Part shown: one piece after another, positions 51,301 to 63,880 of the stretch
Layout of the letters: each line of letters starts with the position of its first letter
Position numbering within the stretch: position 1 is the stretch's first letter
Origin: Eledone cirrhosa
Taxonomy: Eukaryota
Assembly (NCBI GenBank): GCA_964016885.1
Contig: OZ024748.1
Location: 40,424,001 to 40,488,000, forward strand
Direction: 5' to 3'
DNA: 64,000 nucleotides
Translations under genes and position numbers: made by a program
The notes under the pieces: generated by a model
Seen by the model: the letters and a program-made list of their open reading frames with translations, nothing else
Databases searched by the model: none
What the model was told of the DNA's origin: nothing

Positions 51301-51440
51301 AGACCACACATATAGATCTTGTATAGACCATACATATAGATCTTGTATAGACCATACATATAGATCTTGTATATAGACCGTACATATAGATCTTGTGTAG
51401 ACCATACATATAGATCTTGTAAATAGACCATACATATAGA
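45330..51440. repeat. Tandem duplication of about 3.1 kb (offsets 3152, then 3102-3104)
   Basis: ORFs 45888..46541 and 49040..49693 are offset by 3152. Markers ATGGATC, GACGATAC, CCAAACAT and AAATGTTG recur at the same offset. The GACCTCAC and GAGGATAC markers are offset by 3104. Confidence 0.85.
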
Positions 51441-54400
51441 TCTTGTGTATAGACCATACATATAGATCTTGTATAGACCATACATATAGATCTTGTATAG
51501 ACCACACATATAGATATTGTATAGACCATACATATAGATGTTGTATATAGACCATACATATAGATCTTGTATAGACCATACATATAGATATTGTATAGAC
51601 CATACATATACATCTTGTATAGACCACACATATAGATATTGTATAGACCATACATATAGATCTTGTATAGACCATACATATAGATCTTGTATAGACCATA
51701 CATATAGGTATTGTAAATAGACCATACATATAGATCTTGTATAGACCATACATATAGATATTGTGTATAGACCATACATATAGATCTTGTGTATAGACCA
51801 TACATATAGATCTTGTGTATAGATAATACATATAGATCTTGTATAGACCACACATATAGATCATGTGTATAGACCATACATATAGATCTTGTGTATAGAC
51901 CACACATATAGATCTTGTGTATAGACCACACATATAGATCTTGTATATAGACCATACATATAGATCTTGTATAGACCATACATATAGATCTTGTGTATAG
52001 ACCATACATATAGATCTTGTAAAGACCATACATATAGATCTTGTATAGACCATACATATAGATCTTGTATAGACCACACATATAGATCTTATATATAGAC
52101 CACACATATAGATCTTGTATAGACCATACATATAGATCTTGTATAGATCATACATATAGATCTTGTGTATAGACCATACATATAGATCATGTGTATAGAC
52201 CACACATATAGATCTTGTATAGACCATACATATAGATCTTGTATATAGACCACACATATAGATCTTGTGTATAGATCATACATATAGATATTGTGTAGAC
52301 CACACATATAGATCTTGTATATAGGCCACACATATAGATCTTGTATAGACCATACATATAGATCTTGTATAGAGCTAACATATAGATCTTGTGTATAGAC
52401 CACACATATAGATCTTGTATATAGACCATACATATAGATCTGGTATATAGACCACACATGTAGATCTTGTGTAGACCATACATATAGATCTTGTATAGAC
52501 CACACATATAGATCTTGTATATAGACCATACATATAGATCTTGTATAGACCATACATATAGATCTTGTGTATAGACCATACATATACATCTTGTATAGAC
52601 CATACATATAGATCTTGTATAGACCACACATATAGATCTTTTATAGACCATACATATAGATCTTGTATAGACCATACATATAGATCTTGTGTATAGACCA
52701 TACATATAGATCTTGTATAGACCATACATATAGATCTTGTATATAGACCATACATATAGATCTTGTATAGACCACACGTATAGATCTTGTGTATAGACCA
52801 TACATATAGATCTTGTGTATAGACCATACATATAGATATTGTATATAGACCACACATATAGATATTGTGTATAGACCATACATATACATCTTGTATAGAC
52901 CATACATATAGATCTTGTATAGACCATACATATAGATCTTGTATATAGACCATACATATAGATCTTGTATAGACTATACATATAGATCTTGTATATAGAC
53001 CATACATATAGATCTTGTATAGACCATACATATAGATCTTGTATAGAGCATACATATAGATCTTGTATAGACCATACATATAGATCTTGTATATAGACCA
53101 TACATATAGATCTTGTATAGACCATACATATAGATCTTGTATATAGACCATACATATAGATCTAGTATAGACCATACATATAAATCTTGTATATAGACCA
53201 TACATATAGATCTTGTATAGACCATACATATAGATCTTGTATAGACCATACATATAGATCTTGTATATAAACCATACATATAGATCTTGTATAGACCACA
53301 CATATAGATCTTGTGTAGACCATACATATAGATCTTGTATATAGACCATACATATAGATCTTCTGTATAGACCATACATATAGACATTGTGTATAGACCA
53401 AACATATAGATATTTTATATAGACCACACATATAGATCTTGTATAGACCACACATATAGATATTGTGTAGACCACACATATAGATCTTGTATATAGACCA
53501 CACATATAGATATTGTGTAGACCACACATATAGATCTTGTATATAGACCACACATATAGATCTTGTGTATAGACCATACATATAGATCTTGTATATAGAC
53601 CATACATATAGATATTGTGTATAGATCATACATATAGATCTTGTATAGACCACACATATAGATCTTGTATAGACCATACATATAGATCTTGTATATAGAC
53701 CACACATATAAATCTTGTATATAGACCATACATATAGATCTTGTGTAGACCTCACATATAGATCTTGTGTAGACCACACATATAGATCTTGTGTATAGAC
53801 CATACATATAGATCTTGTGTAGACCACACATATAGATCTTGTGTATAGACCATACATATAGATCTTGTATAGACCACACATATAGATCTTGTATAGACCA
53901 CACATATAGATATTGTGTAGACCATACATATAGATTTTGTGTATAGACCATACATATAGATCTTGTATATAGACCACACATATAGATCTTGTGTGTAGAC
54001 CATACATATAGATCTTGTATAGAGGATACATATAGATCTTGTATAGACCATACATATAGATCTTGTATAGACCATACATATATATCTTGTATAGACCACA
54101 CATATAGATATTGTATAGACCACACATATAGATCTTGTGTATAGACCACACATATAGATCTTGTATAGACCATACATATAGATCTTGTATAGACCATACA
54201 TATAGATCTTGTATAGACAATACATATAGATCTTATATAGACCACACATATAGATCTTGTATAGACCATACATATAGATCTTGTATAGACCATACATATA
54301 GATCTTGTATATAGACCGTACATATAGATCTTGTGTAGACCATACATATAGATCTTGTAAATAGACCATACATATAGATCTTGTGTATAGACCATACATA

Positions 54401-55950
54401 TAGATCTTGTATAGACCATACATATAGATCTTGTATAGACCTTACATATAGATCTTGTATAGACCACACATATAGATCTTGTATATAGACCATATATATA
54501 GATCTTGTATAGACCATACATATAGATCTTGTATAGACCACACATATAGATCTTGTATATAGACCATACATATAGATCTTGTATAGACCATATATATACA
54601 TCTTGTATAGACCATACATATAGATCTTGTATAGACCATACATATAGATCTTGTATAGACCACACATATAGATCTTGTATAGACCATACATATAGATCTT
54701 GTGTATAGACCATACATATAGATCTTGTATAGACCATACATATAGATCTCGTATATAGACCATACATATAGATCTTGTATAGACCATACATATAGATCTT
54801 GTATAGACCATACATATAGATCTTGTGTATAGACCATACATATAGATCTTGTATAGACGATACATATAGATCTTGTATATAGACCATACATATAGATCTT
54901 GTATAGACCATACATATAGATCTTGTATAGACCATACATATAGATCTTGTATATAGACCATACATATAGATCTTGTATAGACCATACATATAGATCTTGT
55001 ATATAGACCTTACATATAGATCTTGTATAGACCAAACATATAGATCTTGTATAGACCATACATATAGATCTTGTATATAGACCATACATATAGATCTTGT
55101 ATAGACCATACATATAGATCTTGTATAGACCATACATATAGATCTTGTGTAGACCTCACATATAGATCTTGTGTAGACCACACATATAGATCTTGTGTAT
55201 AGACCATACATATAGATCTTGTGTAGACCACACATATAGATCTTGTGTATAGACCATACATATAGATCTTGTATAGACCACACATATAGATCTTGTATAG
55301 ACCACACATATAGATATTGTGTAGACCATACATATAGATTTTGTGTATAGACCATACATATAGATCTTGTATATAGACCACACATATAGATCTTGTGTGT
55401 AGACCATACATATAGATCTTGTATAGAGGATACATATAGATCTTGTATAGACCATACATATAGATCTTGTATAGACCATACATATATATCTTGTATAGAC
55501 CACACATATAGATATTGTATAGACCACACATATAGATCTTGTGTATAGACCACACATATAGATCTTGTATAGACCATACATATAGATCTTGTATAGACCA
55601 TACATATAGATCTTGTATAGACAATACATATAGATCTTATATAGACCACACATATAGATCTTGTATAGACCATACATATAGATCTTGTATAGACCATACA
55701 TATAGATCTTGTATATAGACCGTACATATAGATCTTGTGTAGACCATACATATAGATCTTGTAAATAGACCATACATATAGATCTTGTGTATAGACCATA
55801 CATATAGATCTTGTATAGACCATACATATAGATCTTGTATAGACCTTACATATAGATCTTGTATAGACCACACATATAGATCTTGTATATAGACCATATA
55901 TATAGATCTTGTATAGACCATACATATAGATCTTGTATAGACCACACATA
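49700..55950. repeat. Nested duplications with offsets 2938 and 1404 bp
   Basis: ORFs 50224..51282 and 53162..54220 are offset by 2938. ORFs 53752..54423 and 55156..55827 are offset by 1404 and share GTGTGTAG, TATATCTT and CCTTACAT variants. Confidence 0.85.
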
Positions 55951-58900
55951 TAGATCTTGTATAGACCATACATATAGATCTTGTGTATAGACCATACATA
56001 TAGATCTTGTATAGACCATACATATAGATCTTGTATATAGACCATACATATAGATCTTGTATAGACCATACATATAGATCTTGTATAGACCATACATATA
56101 GATCTTGTGTATAGACCATACATATAGATCTTGTATAGACGATACATATAGATCTTGTATATAGACCATACATATAGATCTTGTATAGACCATACATATA
56201 GATCTTGTATAGACCATACATATAGATCTTGTATATAGACCATACATATAGATCTTGTATAGACCATACATATAGATCTTGTATATAGACCATACATATA
56301 GATCTTGTATAGACCAAACATATAGATCTTGTATAGACCATACATATAGATCTTGTATATAGACCATACATATAGATCTTGTATAGACCATACATATAGA
56401 TCTTGTATAGACCATACATATAGATCTTGTATAGACCATACATATAGATCTTGTATAGACCACACATATAAATGTTGTATATAGACCATACATATAGATC
56501 TTGTATAGACCATACATATAGATCTTGTATAGATCACACATATAGATATTGTATAGACCATACATATAGATCTTGTATAGACCACACATATAGATATTGT
56601 ATAGATCATACATATAGATATTGTATATAGACCATACATATAGATCTTGTATAGACCATAGATATAGATCTTGTATATAGACCATACATATAGATCTTTT
56701 ATAGACCATACATATAGATATTGTGTATAGAGCATACATATAGATCTTGTGTATAGACCATACATATAGATCTTGTGTATAGATAATACATATAGATCAT
56801 GTATAGACCACACATATAGATCTTGTGTATAGACCATACATATAGATCTTGTGTATAGACCACACGTATAGATCTTGTGTATAGACCACACATATAGATC
56901 TTGTATATAGACCATACATATAGATCTTGTATAGACCATACATATAGATCTTGTGTATAGACCATACATATACATCTTGTATAGACCATACATATAGATC
57001 TTGTATAGACCATACATATAGATCTTTTATAGACCATACATATAGATCTTGTATAGACCATACATATAGATCTTGTGTATAGACCATACATATAGATCTT
57101 GTATAGACCATACATATAGATCTTGTATATAGACCATACATATAGATCTTGTATAGACCACACGTATAGATCTTGTGTATAGACCATACATATAGATCTT
57201 GTGTATAGACCATACATATAGATATTGTATATAGACCACACATATAGATATTGTGTATAGACCATACATATACATCTTGTATAGACCATACATATAGATC
57301 TTGTATAGACCATACATATAGATCTTGTATATAGACCATACATATAGATCTTGTATAGACTATACATATAGATCTTGTATATAGACCATACATATAGATC
57401 TTGTATAGACCATACATATAGATCTTGTATAGAGCATACATATAGATCTTGTATAGACCATACATATAGATCTTGTATATAGACCATACATATAGATCTT
57501 GTATAGACCATACATATAGATCTTGTATATAGACCATACATATAGATCTAGTATAGACCATACATATAAATCTTGTATATAGACCATACATATAGATCTT
57601 GTATAGACCATACATATAGATCTTGTATAGACCATACATATAGATCTTGTATATAAACCATACATATAGATCTTGTATAGACCACACATATAGATCTTGT
57701 GTAGACCATACATATAGATCTTGTATATAGACCATACATATAGATCTTCTGTATAGACCATACATATAGACATTGTGTATAGACCATACATATAGATATT
57801 TTATATAGACCACACATATAGATCTTGTATAGACCACACATATAGATATTGTGTAGACCACACATATAGATCTTGTATATAGACCACACATATAGATATT
57901 GTGTAGACCACACATATAGATCTTGTATATAGACCACACATATAGATCTTGTGTATAGACCATACATATAGATCTTGTATATAGACCATACATATAGATA
58001 TTGTGTATAGATCATACATATAGATCTTGTATAGACCACACATATAGATCTTGTATAGACCATACATATAGATCTTGTATATAGACCACACATATAAATC
58101 TTGTATATAGACCATACATATAGATCTTGTGTAGACCTCACATATAGATCTTGTGTAGACCACACATATAGATCTTGTGTATAGACCATACATATAGATC
58201 TTGTGTAGACCACACATATAGATCTTGTGTATAGACCATACATATAGATCTTGTATAGACCACACATATAGATATTGTATAGACCACACATATAGATATT
58301 GTGTAGACCATACATATAGATTTTGTGTATAGACCATACATATAGATCTTGTATATAGACCACACATATAGATCTTGTGTATAGACCATACATATAGATC
58401 TTGTATAGAGGATACATATAGATCTTGTATAGACCATACATATAGATCTTGTATAGACCATACATATAGATCTTGTATAGACCACACATATAGATATTGT
58501 ATAGACCACACATATAGATCTTGTGTATAGACCACACATATAGATCTTGTATAGACCATACATATAGATCTTGTATAGACCATACATATAGATCTTGTAT
58601 AGACAATACATATAGATCTTATATAGACCACACATATAGATCTTGTATAGACCATACATATAGATCTTGTATAGACCATACATATAGATCTTGTATATAG
58701 ACCGTACATATAGATCTTGTGTAGACCATACATATAGATCTTGTAAATAGACCATACATATAGATCTTGTGTATAGACCATACATATAGATCTTGTATAG
58801 ACCATACATATAGATCTTGTATAGACCATACATATAGATCTTGTATAGACCACACATATAGATCTTGTATATAGACCATATATATAGATCTTGTATAGAC

Positions 58901-59599
58901 CATACATATAGATCTTGTATAGACCACACATATAGATCTTGTATATAGACCATACATATAGATCTTGTATAGACCATATATATACATCTTGTATAGACCA
59001 TACATATAGATCTTGTATAGACCATACATATAGATCTTGTATAGACCACACATATAGATCTTGTATAGACCATACATATAGATCTTGTGTATAGACCATA
59101 CATATAGATCTTGTATAGACCATACATATAGATCTTGTATATAGACCATACATATAGATCTTGTATAGACCATACATATAGATCTTGTATAGACCATACA
59201 TATAGATCTTGTGTATAGACCATACATATAGATCTTGTATAGACCATACATATAGATCTTGTATATAGACCATACATATAGATCTTGTATAGACCATACA
59301 TATAGATCTTGTATAGACCATACATATAGATCTTGTATATAGACCATACATATAGATCTTGTATAGACCATACATATAGATCTTGTATATAGACCATACA
59401 TATAGATCTTGTATAGACCAAACATATAGATCTTGTATAGACCATACATATAGATCTTGTATATAGACCATACATATAGATCTTGTATAGACCATACATA
59501 TAGATCTTGTATAGATCACACATATAGATATTGTATAGACCATACATATAGATCTTGTATAGACCACACATATAGATATTGTATAGATCATACATATAG

Positions 59600-62500
59600 A
59601 TATTGTATATAGACCATACATATAGATCTTGTATAGACCATAGATATAGATCTTGTATATAGACCATACATATAGATCTTTTATAGACCATACATATAGA
59701 TATTGTGTATAGAGCATACATATAGATCTTGTGTATAGACCATACATATAGATCTTGTGTATAGATAATACATATAGATCATGTATAGACCACACATATA
59801 GATCTTGTGTATAGACCATACATATAGATCTTGTGTATAGACCACACGTATAGATCTTGTGTATAGACCACACATATAGATCTTGTATAAAGACCATACA
59901 TATAGATCTTTTATAGACCATACATATAGATCTTGTGTATAGACCATACATATAGATCTTGTATAGACCATACATATAGATCTTGTATAGACCATACATA
60001 TAGATCTTGTATAGACCACACATATAGATCTTGTATATAGACCACACATATTGATCTTGTATAGACCATACATATAGATCTTGTATAGATCATACATATA
60101 GATCTTGTGTATAGACCATACATATAGAGCATGTGTATAGACCACACATATAGATCTTGTATAGACCATACATATAGATCTTGTGTATAGACCATACATA
60201 TAGATCTTGTGTATAGATCATACATATAGATCTTGTATAGACCATACATATAGATCTTGTATAGACCACACATATAGATCTTTATTAGACCACACATATA
60301 GATATTGTATATAGACCATACATATAGATCTTGTATAGACCATACATATAGATCTTGTATAGACCATACATATAGATCTTGTATAGACCACACATATAGA
60401 TCTTGTATATAGACCATACATATAGATCTTGTATAGACCATACATATAGATCTTGTATAGACCACACATATAGATCTTGTATATAGACCATACATATAGA
60501 TCTTGTATAGACCATACATATAGATCTTGTGTATAGACCATACATATACATCTTGTATAGACCATACATATAGATCTTGTATAGACCATACATATAGATC
60601 TTGTATAGACCACACATATAGATCTTGTATAGACCATACATATAGATCTTGTGTATAGACCATACATATAGATCTTGTATAGATCATACATATAGATCTT
60701 GTATATAGACCATACATATAGATCTTGTATAGACCATACATATAGATCTTGTATAGACCATACATATAGATCTTGTGTATAGACCATACATATAGATCTT
60801 GTATAGACCATACATATAGATCTTGTATATAGACCATACATATAGATCTTGTATAGACCATACATATAGATCTTGTGTATAGACCATACATATAGATCTT
60901 GTGTATAGACCACACATATAGATATTGTATATAGACCACACATATAGATATTGTGTATAGACCATACATATACATCTTGTATAGACCATACATATAGATC
61001 TTGTATAGACCATACATATAGATCTTGTATATAGACCATACATATAGATCTTGTATAGACTATACATATAGATCTTGTATATAGACCATACATATAGATC
61101 TTGTATAGACCATACATATAGATCTTGTATAGACCATACATATAGATCTTGTATAGACCATACATATAGATCTTGTGTATAGACCATACATATAGATCTT
61201 GTATAGACCATACATATAGATCTTGTATATAGACCATACATATAGATCTTGTATAGACCATACATATAGATCTTGTATAGACCATACATATAGATCTTGT
61301 GTATAGACCATACATATAGATCTTGTATAGACCATACATATAGATCTTGTATATAGACCATACATATAGATCTTGTATAGACCATACATATAGATCTTGT
61401 ATAGACCATACATATAGATCTTGTATATAGACCATACATATAGATCTTGTATAGACCATACATATAGATCTTGTATATAGACCATACATATAGATCTTGT
61501 ATAGACCAAACATATAGATCTTGTATAGACCATACATATAGATCTTGTATATAGACCATACATATAGATCTTGTATAGACCATACATATAGATCTTGTAT
61601 AGACCATACATATAGATCTTGTATAGACCATACATATAGATCTTGTATAGACCACACATATAAATGTTGTATATAGACCATACATATAGATCTTGTATAG
61701 ACCATACATATAGATCTTGTATAGATCACACATATAGATATTGTATAGACCATACATATAGATCTTGTATAGACCATAGATATAGATCTTGTATATAGAC
61801 CATACATATAGATCTTTTATAGACCATACATATAGATATTGTGTATAGAGCATACATATAGATCTTGTGTATAGACCATACATATAGATCTTGTGTATAG
61901 ATAATACATATAGATCATGTATAGACCACACATATAGATCTTGTGTATAGACCATACATATAGATCTTGTGTATAGACCACACGTATAGATCTTGTGTAT
62001 AGACCACACATATAGATCTTGTATATAGACCATACATATAGATCTTGTATAGACCATACATATAGATCTTGTGTATAGACCATACATATAGATCTTGTAT
62101 AGACCATACATATAGATCTTGTATAGACCATACATATAGATCTTGTATAGACCACACATATAGATCTTGTATATAGACCACACATATTGATCTTGTATAG
62201 ACCATACATATAGATCTTGTATAGATCATACATATAGATCTTGTGTATAGACCATACATATAGAGCATGTGTATAGACCACACATATAGATCTTGTATAG
62301 ACCATACATATAGATCTTGTGTATAGACCATACATATAGATCTTGTGTATAGATCATACATATAGATCTTGTATAGACCATACATATAGATCTTGTATAG
62401 ACCACACATATAGATCTTTATTAGACCACACATATAGATATTGTATATAGACCATACATATTGATCTTGTATAGACCATACATATAGATCTTGTATAGAC

Positions 62501-63880
62501 CATACATATAGATCTTGTATAGACCACACATATAGATCTTGTATATAGACCATACATATAGATCTTGTATAGACCATACATATAGATCTTGTATAGACCA
62601 CACATATAGATCTTGTATATAGACCATACATATAGATCTTGTATAGACCATACATATAGATCTTGTGTATAGACCATACATATACATCTTGTATAGACCA
62701 TACATATAGATCTTGTATAGACCATACATATAGATCTTGTATAGACCACACATATAGATCTTGTATAGACCATACATATAGATCTTTTGTATAGACCATA
62801 CATATAGATCTTGTATAGATCATACATATAGATCTTGTATATAGACCATACATATAGATCTTGTATAGACCATACATATAGATCTTGTAAAGACCATACA
62901 TATAGATCTTGTGTATAGACCATACATATAGAACTTGTATAGACCATACATATAGATCTTGTATATAGACCATACATATAGATCTTGTATAGACCATACA
63001 TATAGATCTTGTGTATAGACCATACATATAGATCTTGTGTATAGACCACACATATAGATATTGTATATAGACCACACATATAGATATTGTGTATAGACCA
63101 TACATATACATCTTGTATAGACCATACATATAGATCTTGTATAGACCATACATATAGATCTTGTATATAGACCATACATATAGATCTTGTATAGACTATA
63201 CATATAGATCTTGTATATAGACCATACATATAGATCTTGTATAGACCATACATATAGATCTTGTATAGACCATACATATATATCTTGTATAGACCATACA
63301 TATAGATCTTGTGTATAGACCATACATATAGATCTTGTATAGACCATACATATAGATCTTGTATATAGACCATACATATAGATCTTGTATAGACCATACA
63401 TATAGATCTTGTATAGACCATACATATAGATCTTGTGTATAGACCATACATATAGATCTTGTATAGACCATACATATAGATCTTGTATATAGACCATACA
63501 TATAGATCTTGTATAGACCATACATATAGATCTTGTATAGACCATACATATAGATCTTGTATATAGACCATACATATAGATCTTGTATAGACCATACATA
63601 TAGATCTTGTATATAGACCATACATATAGATCTTGTATAGACCAAACATATAGATCTTGTATAGACCATACATATAGATCTTGTATATAGACCATACATA
63701 TAGATCTTGTATAGACCATACATATAGATCTTGTATAGACCATACATATAGATCTTGTATAGACCATACATATAGATCTTGTATAGACCACACATATAAA
63801 TGTTGTATATAGACCATACATATAGATCTTGTATAGACCATACATATAGATCTTGTATAGATCACACATATAGATATTGT
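59600..63880. repeat. Tandem higher-order duplication with 2136-bp period
   Basis: ORF pairs 59681..60199/61817..62335, 60285..60641/62421..62777 and 61060..61659/63196..63795 are all offset by 2136. Shared private markers are TATTGATC, GAGCATGT and CTTTATTAG (~60280/62416). Confidence 0.9.
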
